Assembly: GCA_038884615.1 (NCBI GenBank) | Contig: JAWABL010000001.1 | Location: 57,837-121,836, forward strand | Direction of reading: 5' to 3' | Length of the DNA: 64,000 nt | DNA from: Candidatus Woesearchaeota archaeon | GTDB lineage: Archaea; Nanobdellota; Nanobdellia; Woesearchaeales; DSVV01 | The notes under the pieces: generated by a model | What the model was told of the DNA's origin: nothing | The model's input: the letters and a program-made list of their open reading frames with translations, nothing else | Database searches by the model: none | Part shown: positions 40,745-50,159 of the stretch, in pieces | Position numbering within the stretch: position 1 is the stretch's first letter | Layout: every line of letters starts with the position of its first letter | Made by a program: the position numbers and the translations under genes

Positions 40745-41122
40745 ATGAGTGATACTTTAGCAAAAGTTGGTGCATACGCATTCATAGTTGGTGTTGTCAT
40801 TGCAGTAATAACTGCGTTTATACCACCAAATTGGTTACCGATGGCTTTTGTTGCACTAGCACTTATCGGTTTGGTTGTAGGATTTTTAAATGTTACAGAA
40901 AAGGAAACAAAAGAATTTTTAATGGCTTCTGTAGCAATGTTAATTGCATTGTTTACTGCGAGAAGCGCGGTTGACATGATGGCTGAAAGCTTTACAGCCA
41001 TTGGTTTTGGCGCGGTGAGCAATTATATGATATCTCTTCTCGCAAGTATCAATATGTTTATCTTCCCAGCTACATTAGTTGTTGCGCTGAAAGCAATTTA
41101 TGCGCTTGCTAAAGAAGAGTAA
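40745..41122 (+). CDS. small hypothetical membrane protein (3-4 transmembrane helices)
   Basis: 125 aa, GGGGGTGA Shine-Dalgarno motif 5 nt upstream of ATG; 33 nt upstream of flippase-like gene. Confidence 0.4.
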   Translation: MSDTLAKVGAYAFIVGVVIAVITAFIPPNWLPMAFVALALIGLVVGFLNVTEKETKEFLMASVAMLIALFTARSAVDMMAESFTAIGFGAVSNYMISLLASINMFIFPATLVVALKAIYALAKEE

Positions 41123-41155
41123 AGGTTTTATATTATCTTTTTTCTTGTTTATTTT

Positions 41156-42520
41156 ATGATTAAGTTTTTTAACTGGATAGCACAAACCATAAAAAAAGAT
41201 GATTTCCAAAACATAGTTATTATTATTTTTGGAATTTTTTCTGCAATTCTTACGCTTGCATTTTTTAGTATGTCTGGTAGGTCCCTTTCACCTGAAGAAT
41301 ATAGTAGATTTGGCATACTTTTAAGCATATATTTTGTTGTTTTAGTGATTTCTAGCACGATTTATAATGTTGTCTTAAGATATGTCTCCTACTTCAAAGC
41401 AAAAAGCCAAGAAGGTAAGATTTCTGAGTTCTCTTTTGATGTAATAGTAATTTCTTTCCTGGCCGGGATTATATTAATGGCACTAATACTTGTATGTGGA
41501 GAATTATTACATACGCGGTTTTTCATATCCTATTCAGATATAGTGATGTTGGGGCTAATTATTCTTGCACAAATGCTGTTGAATGTGGTATATGCTATAC
41601 TTAATGGACTACAGAAGCTTTTCTTGCTGGCTTTTTACAGACTTGCTTCTGCGGTGGTACTTCTGGTGTGCGGAATTTTGCTGATTGAGAAAGGCACTTT
41701 CGGTGTCCTTACTGCCATATTTATTTCTTTGCTGGTTTTACTACCAATTGGCTTTTTTGGTCTGCGAAAATTTTTATTTTACCGCAGCATAAAGATAGGG
41801 GAGATGGGTATTTTTGGTTATATTGTACGCGCCGCTATTTTAAGCATTTTTTTTGCAGTTATTCTGAATATTGATGTGTTCATAGCAAAGTTATTTCTGA
41901 CTTCTGAAGAATCTGGTAACTATGCAGCAGCCGCGCTTCTCGGCAAACTGCCATTCTTTATCGCTTCGTCGTTTGTAACAATTATTTTTCCAAAAGCAGC
42001 AGAGCTTGAAAGCGATGGAAAAGACAGCAGTTTTCTTTTGAAGTATGGGATTATATCCACTTCGGTCCTGTCTTTTGGCTTGACTCTGCTTTATTTCGCC
42101 TTCCCGTCATTTTTCGTGGGGCTATTTTTCAGCCATAATTTTAAAATAGGGTTCTTGTTCGCCAAGATTGCGATCGCCTCTAGTCTTCTTGCTATTACAA
42201 ATATAATTCTGATGTATCACCTTGCAATTAAAAAATATGCTCCGCTTTATGCAGTCCCATTGTTCGGCGTAGCTATTATGCTCGCTTTTTTACTGGATTA
42301 TAAAACTTCAGGACAAATTGCCGCTCTGCTTTTGGCAGCGTCTATTCTTATTACAATCACAACGCTATTTATCACTAAGGATGCGTTAAGAGAGGCCTTC
42401 TTTGTAAGGGGCGGCTACAGAGGTTATGATTTTATAAGGATGTGGCTTAAATTTGAAAGAAGCACCTTAAACTCTGATGCGTCAAAGCCTCTGGAGAATA
42501 TTGTCAACAACAATAAATGA
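41156..42520 (+). CDS. MOP-superfamily (Wzx/MurJ-like) polysaccharide/oligosaccharide flippase
   Basis: 454 aa, ~12 predicted transmembrane helices, length and hydropathy pattern of Wzx/polysaccharide biosynthesis proteins. Confidence 0.5.
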   Translation: MIKFFNWIAQTIKKDDFQNIVIIIFGIFSAILTLAFFSMSGRSLSPEEYSRFGILLSIYFVVLVISSTIYNVVLRYVSYFKAKSQEGKISEFSFDVIVISFLAGIILMALILVCGELLHTRFFISYSDIVMLGLIILAQMLLNVVYAILNGLQKLFLLAFYRLASAVVLLVCGILLIEKGTFGVLTAIFISLLVLLPIGFFGLRKFLFYRSIKIGEMGIFGYIVRAAILSIFFAVILNIDVFIAKLFLTSEESGNYAAAALLGKLPFFIASSFVTIIFPKAAELESDGKDSSFLLKYGIISTSVLSFGLTLLYFAFPSFFVGLFFSHNFKIGFLFAKIAIASSLLAITNIILMYHLAIKKYAPLYAVPLFGVAIMLAFLLDYKTSGQIAALLLAASILITITTLFITKDALREAFFVRGGYRGYDFIRMWLKFERSTLNSDASKPLENIVNNNK

Positions 42521-42742
42521 CTTACCGCAATAGACACACCGTTTTATATTTGTTCTGTCAATGCGCTTCTTAGGTTGGTACTTCATATGATTCCTGCATT
42601 TTGGACATGTTAATAGGAACATTATGCTAAAAAAATATAGATAATATTTAAGATTTAGGATTTTAAGTGAAGACATACTTCTTAAAATTTATTACTGCAT
42701 GCACCAAAACATTTTTAAAAAAGTCATCTATTAAATAGGGGC

Positions 42743-43534
42743 ATGACAAAAAAGATAGGTCTTGCGCTTAGTTCTGGTGGGGCGCGTGGACTAGCACATA
42801 TCGGCGTATTAAAGGTCCTTGAAGAGAATAAAGTACCAATACATGAAATCGCCGGAGCCAGCATTGGTGCGCTTGTCGGTGCCATATATGCTGGAAACCC
42901 TCAAATAAGACCACTGCAAGAATTCGCAGAAAGTTTTGATAAGAAGAAGTCGCGCCAGATATTTGATTGGGAGATCCCAAGACGCGGACTTATAAAAGGC
43001 GATAGAATAAGGGGGCTTTTAAAACCTTTACTAAAAAAAGACTTCTCCGAATTTAAGCTGCCGCTTTCTGTGGTGGTGACAGACCTTACAAATGGAACTG
43101 AGATTATTGTGGAGAAAGGAAATCCAATTGATGCTATAATGGCAAGCATTTCAATACCTGTTCTTTTTGAACCTGTCATTGAAAATGACAGAATTTTTGT
43201 GGACGGCGGCGTCTTGAACCCGTTACCAATTAATGTCCTTGAAAAAAAAGGATGTGATGTGATAATAGCTGTTGATGTAGAATATCGCACCCTCTGGAAG
43301 ACATATAGACCAACAATAGTTAGGATCGCTGTCAACAGCATTCTTCTTATGAAACAGCAGATTGTGGAAAACATAAAGCAAGATGCTAAGAAAAAACCAA
43401 ATATAATTATTATAGAACCTGATATTGAAGAAGGACTTTACCTTGATTTCAGCGCAGGCAAAACACTCATTTCTATTGGAGAAGAGGCCACAAAAAAGTG
43501 TCTGCCAAAAATACTGCAACTTGTAAAAGAATAA
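42743..43534 (+). CDS. patatin-like phospholipase
   Basis: oxyanion GGARG, nucleophile GASIG (GxSxG) and catalytic DGG (VDGGV) motifs. Confidence 0.8.
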   Translation: MTKKIGLALSSGGARGLAHIGVLKVLEENKVPIHEIAGASIGALVGAIYAGNPQIRPLQEFAESFDKKKSRQIFDWEIPRRGLIKGDRIRGLLKPLLKKDFSEFKLPLSVVVTDLTNGTEIIVEKGNPIDAIMASISIPVLFEPVIENDRIFVDGGVLNPLPINVLEKKGCDVIIAVDVEYRTLWKTYRPTIVRIAVNSILLMKQQIVENIKQDAKKKPNIIIIEPDIEEGLYLDFSAGKTLISIGEEATKKCLPKILQLVKE

Positions 43535-43646
43535 TGTTTTGATAAATTCGCTTTTTATGAAAATAAAGCGTTGTATTGATACAAACTATAACCACCCGTA
43601 AAACATCAAAAAAAGAATGTGAAAAATCAAAGAAGATTGTTTTAAA

Positions 43647-43859
43647 TTATTGATTTTCACATAACGGATCTATAGGATTATTTTCTGTCTTTTGTTTTTC
43701 ATCAATAAGCCTTTTAAGCTTTGCAGCCTGTTCCTCCACCTTTATTAGCATATCTACGCTTCCAAACTGCTCTTCTGCGCACATTGCGCAATAGAAATCG
43801 CTTGTATCTTTGATGACATATTTAGCCTCAAGACCACAAATAATACATTTTTTAGGCAT
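43647..43859 (-). CDS. small zinc-finger protein, hypothetical
   Basis: 70 aa, CIICG...CAMC Cys4 plus C-terminal coiled coil. Confidence 0.35.
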   Translation of the reverse strand: MPKKCIICGLEAKYVIKDTSDFYCAMCAEEQFGSVDMLIKVEEQAAKLKRLIDEKQKTENNPIDPLCENQ

Positions 43860-43931
43860 TTACAAAACATTATCGGCGAACTGTATTTAAATTTTTTCAT
43901 TCTATGATAGATACATAACAATCATCAATTC

Positions 43932-44255
43932 GTGCATATAGAAAAGTTTAAATATGACAAGCACAAACTTTCATCAAACGAGGTAATGACCATGGCTGAT
44001 GATGATAAGAAATTTTCAAAACAGCTTATTGGAAAGACTGTTGTAAGCAAGACCGGAAAGAGGTTTGGCGAAGTTGGGGATATTGTATTTGAAACGCGTT
44101 CTGGCGAACTTATACATCTTGTCTTAAGGAATCCTACAAGTTATACTGAAAAGCTTGAGCTTGAGAAGGATAAATCTGGAAATATTCTTATACCCTTTAG
44201 TTCGGTTATTGCAATCGGCGACTTTATGGTTATTGCTGAAGAGGACATAATTTAA
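43932..44255 (+). CDS. PRC-barrel domain protein
   Basis: 107 aa; LIGKTVVSKTGKRFGEVGDIVFE...IPFSSVIAIGD pattern of archaeal PRC-barrel proteins. Confidence 0.55.
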   Translation: MHIEKFKYDKHKLSSNEVMTMADDDKKFSKQLIGKTVVSKTGKRFGEVGDIVFETRSGELIHLVLRNPTSYTEKLELEKDKSGNILIPFSSVIAIGDFMVIAEEDII

Positions 44256-44402
44256 ATCGTTTTTGTTTTCTGCTTATTTTTTGCTACCTTCGCTCTATAA
44301 TATTGATGATTTTGATAAGAATTAAAAAATAGATACAAAAATAAGTTAACAGAAAAAATAAGACTGCCTAGTCCAGTACAAAATAAGAGGTATAGTGCTA
44401 AA

Positions 44403-44597
44403 ATGAAGGTTTATATACAAAAAGATAGAAAAAAGCTAAATATAAGTTATTCGGGCACAGTTATAGGCTTGCTACAAAAACTAAATATCAATTCTGAGAC
44501 GGTGATTGTAGTAAAAAACGGGGGACTTGTTAACGAAGATGAGATTATTAAGGATTCTGATGAAATTGAGATTCTGCAAGTTGTGTCAGGCGGATAA
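44403..44597 (+). CDS. ttuB: ThiS/MoaD-like ubiquitin-fold sulfur-carrier protein (TtuB/SAMP-like), C-terminal Gly-Gly
   Basis: 64 aa beta-grasp-sized protein ending ...LQVVSGG; immediately upstream of a TtuA-type PP-loop thiolase. Confidence 0.65.
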   Translation: MKVYIQKDRKKLNISYSGTVIGLLQKLNINSETVIVVKNGGLVNEDEIIKDSDEIEILQVVSGG

Positions 44598-44698
44598 TTA
44601 GGTGACCCTGCATCAGCACGGGCCAGGCGAGCGTTTATAAGTTGTGTAATTTAAACAAACAACAAGGTATATATAAGGATCATCTGTTCTTTTGTTTT

Positions 44699-45610
44699 AT
44701 GAAATGCGTAAAATGTAATAGAAAAGCGGTGTTTCTAAGACCAAGCTATTGCAAAACACATTTTCTCGCGTATATAGAAAAAAAGGTTATGGACACCATA
44801 AAAAGATACAGGCTACTAGAGAAAACAGGAAAGGTTATAGTTGCCGCATCGGGCGGGAAGGACAGCATCAGCTGTGCATACATACTAAAAAAACTGGGGT
44901 ATAATATTGAGGTGCTAGCTATTGACGAGGGCATTGCCGGTTACAGAAACCACACGATTTCTGACCTGAGACGATTCTGCAAAGAAAAGAAAATAAAACT
45001 TAATATTATAGATATTGGTAAAACAATGGGAAGGGGGTTAGATTCGCTAGTTAAAGAAAGTGGGCTTGGTGCGTGTACATTATGCGGTGCGATACGAAGG
45101 TATGCAATAAATAGGTGGGCAAAAAAGTTAGGAGCATGTGTTGTGGCAACAGGACATAATCTTGATGATGAGGTACAAGCAATTATGATGAATTTTTTAA
45201 GAAATAATCTCGCGTTCTCAGCACGCATAGGGCCTGTCACTGGACTAAAAAACAATCAAGGGTTTATAAGAAGAGTTAAACCTCTTTATCTTTGCACAGA
45301 GAAAGAAATTGCTGCGTATGCGTTTTTGCGTTCTTTCAGAATTGGGTATAACATCTGCCCATACACAAATACTTCTTATAGATATCACATACAAGAGCTA
45401 TTAAATGATATTGAAAAAAAAATTCCAAACACCAAAAAAAACATCATAAATAATTTTTTAAGCATACTCCCAATACTAAAGAAGAGATATGAAACAAAGG
45501 AAGGCGCTAATATCTGCAAGAGTTGCGGTGAACCTTGTAGCAAGAGCGTATGTAGAGTGTGCAGTATTCTCGCAAAAAATTTAAATAAACCGTCGGTATC
45601 TGCTTACTAA
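44699..45610 (+). CDS. ttuA: tRNA 2-thiolation protein TtuA/NcsA family (PP-loop ATPase with N- and C-terminal zinc fingers)
   Basis: SGGKDS PP-loop; CxxC N-terminal finger; Fe-S-ligand Cys (CTLCGAIRR ... GHNLDDE); C-terminal CKSCG...CRVC; start moved to ATG at 44699. Confidence 0.75.
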   Translation: MKCVKCNRKAVFLRPSYCKTHFLAYIEKKVMDTIKRYRLLEKTGKVIVAASGGKDSISCAYILKKLGYNIEVLAIDEGIAGYRNHTISDLRRFCKEKKIKLNIIDIGKTMGRGLDSLVKESGLGACTLCGAIRRYAINRWAKKLGACVVATGHNLDDEVQAIMMNFLRNNLAFSARIGPVTGLKNNQGFIRRVKPLYLCTEKEIAAYAFLRSFRIGYNICPYTNTSYRYHIQELLNDIEKKIPNTKKNIINNFLSILPILKKRYETKEGANICKSCGEPCSKSVCRVCSILAKNLNKPSVSAY

Positions 45611-46185
45611 TGTATTGCGATATTGTGTTTCCAAAAAATAATGAACGCGAGTTTCTGCAAGTTGCGAGGTTTTTAGGTTATGAAAAACTAGTCTTTGTAT
45701 ACGAAACTGCGCCAATCAATATTCCAAAAGAGAATGGTGCCGTGGTGGTTTTTGGTGCATCTACAAAGCAAAAGCCAAAATGGGCGGAATACCTAATTCT
45801 GGAATCTACTGGAGACGACAGAAAAACGATTGAAACTCTGCGTCCGGAGATAATATATGGTTTTGAAACAAAAAATACCAAGGACGGCCTGCATTATAGA
45901 AATTCTGGCTTAAACCATGTTCTTTGCGCCCTTATGAGAGAGAATAATGTGGCTTGCGGGTTTTCACTTAGCGCATTGATAAACCACAAAAATAGGCAGG
46001 TTTTGCTTGGAAGGATGAAACAAAATATAAGACTCTGCAGAAAGTTCGGAGTGAAGCAGGTAATAGCAAGTTTTAGCGACGAGCCTATGGCAATGCGTGC
46101 GCCACGCGACATTATTAGCCTTTTTGTGTGTTTAGGTATGGAAAGCGGCGAAATAAAAAATGCGTTAAGATGCTTTCAAAAATGA
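45610..46185 (+). CDS. rnp3: RNase P protein component 3 (Rpp30)
   Basis: 191 aa; GLNHVLCALM..NVACGFSL and APRDIISL...LGME motifs match archaeal Rpp30 (e.g. Pyrococcus PH1877); TAATG overlap with ttuA. Confidence 0.65.
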   Translation: MYCDIVFPKNNEREFLQVARFLGYEKLVFVYETAPINIPKENGAVVVFGASTKQKPKWAEYLILESTGDDRKTIETLRPEIIYGFETKNTKDGLHYRNSGLNHVLCALMRENNVACGFSLSALINHKNRQVLLGRMKQNIRLCRKFGVKQVIASFSDEPMAMRAPRDIISLFVCLGMESGEIKNALRCFQK

Positions 46186-47924
46186 TAGATGTCGGATTTT
46201 CTTTTATCAACACCGGAAAAGAGTGTAACAATAGATGCTGGTCGTGCGCCCCGTTGCAAACCAAAAAAACTAAAGGTCATAATATTATAATAGGCGGTGG
46301 AGAGCCACTGCTAAAAAAGAAGGTTTGTGACACTTCAAAGCTAATAGATTTTTTTTTGCCTAAAAACAGAAAAAAACAGGTGATAGATAAACAAAGAAGA
46401 ATTTGGGTGCTTACAAACGGTCGTCTTATTACAAAAATAAAATCCGGTGCTTTAAAGGACCCCTATTTAGGTTTTATTGTAAAGCTTTTAGCGCATAAAC
46501 CAGAACTTCATGACCTACTTTCCTGCGTTGAGGGTAGCTTTGAGGAAACAGTAAAGGGGATAATACACCTAAAAAAGAAAAAGGTACCTTTTGGCATTTT
46601 ATTTACAATTGTTGACCAGAACTATGTACACTTAAGCAGAATGGTTGCGTTTGCCGAAAAACTTGGCCCTGCATTTATAATACTAAAGTATGCCGAGACC
46701 GGTCGCGTTTTTGAAAAAACTGCTCCTAAATATTCTCACGCCATAGAAGAGATAAGGAAGGCGCTTGCAAGCAAGACTTATGTGCTGGTAGCAGGCGTGC
46801 CTCCTTGCATGCTCAAAGAAGATAAGGACCACTGGCTCTGGTGGCCGGAACAAAGAACAAAACTATCTTATTGTAAACTATGCAGTGAATCAGATGGCGC
46901 GTGCGATGGAGTGTCTAGAGACTACCTTAAGGTCTATGGCGAAGAAGAGTTTAAAACCACGCTGGCAAGCGAACTGAAGTTTGAAGTTACTGGCGCCTGC
47001 AACATGTCCTGTGAGTTCTGTTTTAGAAAACAGCTTAATAGAATCGGGGCAAACACAAAGGAGCTATCATTTGTAGAAAAATGCCGAATAATTGACTCTG
47101 CGGCAGAGTATGTAAAAAGTATTAGGTTCACTGGCGGCGAGCCTCTTCTTTACAATCGCCTTTTTGAGCTTGCAAGATATGCAAAAGACAAAAACCCAAA
47201 TTTATACTTGAAATTAAATACCAATGGAATTCTTTTGGGTGATTTTACTGATGAAATTAAAAAACATTTTGACGAAGTAATTATTTCATTTCATGAACTT
47301 ATACCAAAAAAAGACCCCGCACTTTTTGAAACCCGGCTAAACGGAATTAAGATTCTAAAAGAGCTTGGAGTGACAGTAAGAATAAATACACTTGCGACTA
47401 AAGAGAATATCGCGAGATTTGATAAATTCTCTCTTCTAACAAACGAATGCATGAGCGACGAATGGCAATGGATTATTCCTGAGCCGTGCGATGAAAAAAG
47501 AAGAATAGATAAGCGGGATCTTATTAAGCTTGTTAATAGAATAACAAAATATGATGGTGCGGTTCCTGTCTGCTTGACACAAGCAATAGAATTCTGTTAC
47601 TATGGCAAGCCCGCAGAAGTAAAGAAAGCGTATATAAACGGGAAAAATCATTGCGGACCGCAAAGTTCGCTTTTTGTTGATTCGTGTGGCAATTACCGTT
47701 TATGCTATGCAGGCCCAGTGTTTGGAAACGCCCTTCAAATGAAGTTTAAGGACGCTTGGAACCACGATATGCTAAAAGCACTGCGCACGGGTGTGTTTTA
47801 CCCAAAAAAGTGTATAGGGTGTGCGTATATATATGATTGTCGCGGTGGTTGTAGCTTATTACTAATGAAAAAGGTGGGTGTGTGGAAAGAAAAAATAACC
47901 AGAAAAAAGAGAAGATTTTGCTGA
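46182..47924 (+). CDS. tandem double radical-SAM protein with C-terminal SPASM-like Cys-rich domain
   Basis: two CxxxCxxC cores (CNNRCWSC and CNMSCEFC), each followed by GGEPLL; C-terminal Cys cluster (CGPQ...CGNYRLC...CIGC...C); ATGA overlap with rnp3. Confidence 0.7.
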   Translation: MIDVGFSFINTGKECNNRCWSCAPLQTKKTKGHNIIIGGGEPLLKKKVCDTSKLIDFFLPKNRKKQVIDKQRRIWVLTNGRLITKIKSGALKDPYLGFIVKLLAHKPELHDLLSCVEGSFEETVKGIIHLKKKKVPFGILFTIVDQNYVHLSRMVAFAEKLGPAFIILKYAETGRVFEKTAPKYSHAIEEIRKALASKTYVLVAGVPPCMLKEDKDHWLWWPEQRTKLSYCKLCSESDGACDGVSRDYLKVYGEEEFKTTLASELKFEVTGACNMSCEFCFRKQLNRIGANTKELSFVEKCRIIDSAAEYVKSIRFTGGEPLLYNRLFELARYAKDKNPNLYLKLNTNGILLGDFTDEIKKHFDEVIISFHELIPKKDPALFETRLNGIKILKELGVTVRINTLATKENIARFDKFSLLTNECMSDEWQWIIPEPCDEKRRIDKRDLIKLVNRITKYDGAVPVCLTQAIEFCYYGKPAEVKKAYINGKNHCGPQSSLFVDSCGNYRLCYAGPVFGNALQMKFKDAWNHDMLKALRTGVFYPKKCIGCAYIYDCRGGCSLLLMKKVGVWKEKITRKKRRFC

Positions 47925-49750
47925 TTAGGCCTCCGATAATTGAAGTTTACAGCAAACATTTTTGTTGTAGAACATATAGTAAATTTGACAGGTTTTACTC
48001 CTACGCTGCACAGCCTGCTGGGCTACTTCGTGTGGCAAGCTACCTAAAAAAACAGGGGCATGAGGTTATACTTATAGACTGTCTTGCTGAAGTAGAAAAG
48101 TGCCATCCAAATTCTGTGCTTAACCGCAGGTTTTTTGATGTGCGGCGTTCTCCCGCAGGCCTTACTTTAAGAAGATACTATCACGGAATGTCTTACCAAG
48201 ATATTGAGAGGAGAATCAACGACGAAAAACCAGATAGGATAATGATAGGCACCAGCATGACATACTACTATGAAACGGTACATGAAATAGTAAAGATAGC
48301 AAAAAGGGTCTGCCCTCATACGCCGGTTGTTCTCGGCGGACTTTATGCAACACTTTGTTCTGAGCATGCAAAGAAAAGCGGTGCAGATATTGTATACTCC
48401 GGTGAGTTGCCAGAAGCAAACAACATCTGGACAGATTTGACACTTCTATCCTACAAACCAAAATATGCAATAATAAAATCAACGCGCGGCTGTCCTAACA
48501 ACTGTACATATTGTGTGGTTCCAAAACTTGAAGGCCACACGATGCGTTTCCGTTGCCCCTCAGATGTGGTTGAGGAGATTAAGGATAAGATTAAAAAGCA
48601 CAAGATTAGAAAATTTATATTTTGGGAGTCTAATCTGCTTATGAAAAGCAGGGAACATTTTGAAAAAATCCTGGATATTATAATATCTGAAAAAATAAAA
48701 GTGGAACTACATACACCAGAAGGTCTCCAACCGAACCTTCTTAATGAACCGCTTGCAAGAAAGATGAGGCTTGCTGGCTTTAAATATGTTTCCTTGCCTC
48801 TTGAAACAAGCGATGACAGATATAACAAAACGCTCAATAGAAGAACAAAAACTAAAGATTTTGATAATGCGGTGAGTGTGCTTCTAAGATCTGGGTTTTC
48901 GCCTAAAGACATTACTGTTTTTGTCCTTGCTGGACTACCTGAACAGGACATAGAAAATGTTGTAGACTCGGTTCTGAAGGCGTTTGAACATGGTTGCCGA
49001 CTTAGCATTATGCCCTTTACTCCGATTCCTGGCTCAGAGGAGTTCTCTAAACATAGAGATGTCTTTGAGACAATACGCCTTGAGGACATGCATCCATTGA
49101 TGTTTTCTGCAGTAAAAGACAAGGAAAAAGCAAGAGACTTGCTTGCAATATGCGAGCTGCATCATAGTTCATACTCGTTTTTACATGTTTTGTCGTGTTT
49201 GAAACATCGCCCCCACGTTCTACGGCTATTTATAAAGAAAATAAAAGAAAATAAAATCTTGCTTGAAAAAACATGCAGAGAGCTTGGACACAAGAGGAGT
49301 GCAAGGGCTTTGCTTGAGATAGACTGGATAGACTGGTTTCCAAAAAAAGACGAAGTAAGTACGGGGCATTCGCAAACAAATCTATATTATGAAAATAATC
49401 AAAAAAATCGCGGACTAAAGAGACTCTTGTTTGATTGGGGCACCCTTCTTTTTTTATCTACAAAAATGCACCGCCGTTTTTTTAGGCAGGTTTATAAAAT
49501 GCTTGACAGAAATGATGTTTTTGTTTTTCGTGTCTTTACAAAGTATGCTATCTATTGCGAAAAATATTTCGATGATAACCCTCTTTGTGTACTCATTGAG
49601 ACAAACAACATAAAAAAAATCAAAGATGCCGTTCAAGGGCTATTTAAAATTAAAAAAAGATACTATAAAGATTTTGTACCTGTGAAAATAGGAAACCAAA
49701 CAAAACTTGCTCCTTCTATGATTGTTTTTGTTGTTGGAAAGAGTTATTGA
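47882..49750 (+). CDS. B12-binding-domain radical-SAM protein (class B rSAM)
   Basis: N-terminal Rossmann-like B12-binding region then CPNNCTYC radical-SAM motif; 622 aa; 43-nt overlap with upstream rSAM gene. Confidence 0.7.
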   Translation: MERKNNQKKEKILLIRPPIIEVYSKHFCCRTYSKFDRFYSYAAQPAGLLRVASYLKKQGHEVILIDCLAEVEKCHPNSVLNRRFFDVRRSPAGLTLRRYYHGMSYQDIERRINDEKPDRIMIGTSMTYYYETVHEIVKIAKRVCPHTPVVLGGLYATLCSEHAKKSGADIVYSGELPEANNIWTDLTLLSYKPKYAIIKSTRGCPNNCTYCVVPKLEGHTMRFRCPSDVVEEIKDKIKKHKIRKFIFWESNLLMKSREHFEKILDIIISEKIKVELHTPEGLQPNLLNEPLARKMRLAGFKYVSLPLETSDDRYNKTLNRRTKTKDFDNAVSVLLRSGFSPKDITVFVLAGLPEQDIENVVDSVLKAFEHGCRLSIMPFTPIPGSEEFSKHRDVFETIRLEDMHPLMFSAVKDKEKARDLLAICELHHSSYSFLHVLSCLKHRPHVLRLFIKKIKENKILLEKTCRELGHKRSARALLEIDWIDWFPKKDEVSTGHSQTNLYYENNQKNRGLKRLLFDWGTLLFLSTKMHRRFFRQVYKMLDRNDVFVFRVFTKYAIYCEKYFDDNPLCVLIETNNIKKIKDAVQGLFKIKKRYYKDFVPVKIGNQTKLAPSMIVFVVGKSY

Positions 49751-49793
49751 ATTTTTGAAGAACTAAAGTTTATTAATGAAGTTTATTTCAAAA

Positions 49794-50159
49794 TTATGTG
49801 CCGCCGCCGCCGCTTGCATGGCTACTATGACTTGAATGGCTTGCATGACTGCCGTGGTTGTAATGGTGTTTGTGGCCTGCAATTGGTGCGCCGCTTCCAG
49901 AAAGGCTGTTTGAATGATCCCAACACTGTGAATGGCTTGTATCTGTTCCTTTTGCAGGACAGCATCCCGCACGCGTGTCTTTCGCAGATAGTGATACAAG
50001 AGCTGCGCCAGACAAAACACTGCCGATAGTAACTACTGCTTGCTTTGATATTTTTCCATCTTCTTCAAGCAAAAATGCCTCAACATTTTTTTTAATTTTT
50101 GGTAGCGATATGTTAGTTTTTGTTCTGCTTTTTGTATTGTGTTTTAAATTACGCCTCAT
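49794..50159 (-). CDS. small membrane-anchored Cys/His-rich protein (possible metal-binding protein or modified-peptide precursor)
   Basis: Lys-rich N-terminus, one transmembrane helix (AVVTIGSVLSGAALVSLSA), tail GCCPAKG...CWDH...GHKHHYNHGSHASHSSHSSHASGGGG; locally GC-rich; two overlapping alternative-frame ORFs exist, this frame chosen for its membrane topology and biased composition. Confidence 0.4.
   Translation of the reverse strand: MRRNLKHNTKSRTKTNISLPKIKKNVEAFLLEEDGKISKQAVVTIGSVLSGAALVSLSAKDTRAGCCPAKGTDTSHSQCWDHSNSLSGSGAPIAGHKHHYNHGSHASHSSHSSHASGGGGT

Noticed and set aside
42482-42676. 64-aa Cys4 zinc-ribbon ORF overlapping the 3' end of the flippase gene
   Set aside because: Plausible small zinc-ribbon protein (CPKC...CVYC), but it overlaps a convergent gene end and has no further support; left unannotated
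49763-50029. Two alternative-frame ORFs (85 aa minus, 77 aa plus) overlapping the Cys/His-rich ORF
   Set aside because: Only one can be real; the 121-aa minus frame has a coherent membrane topology and biased composition; the alternatives are Ala/Gln-rich or Arg/Cys-rich translations of the same GC-rich stretch. Assignment remains tentative
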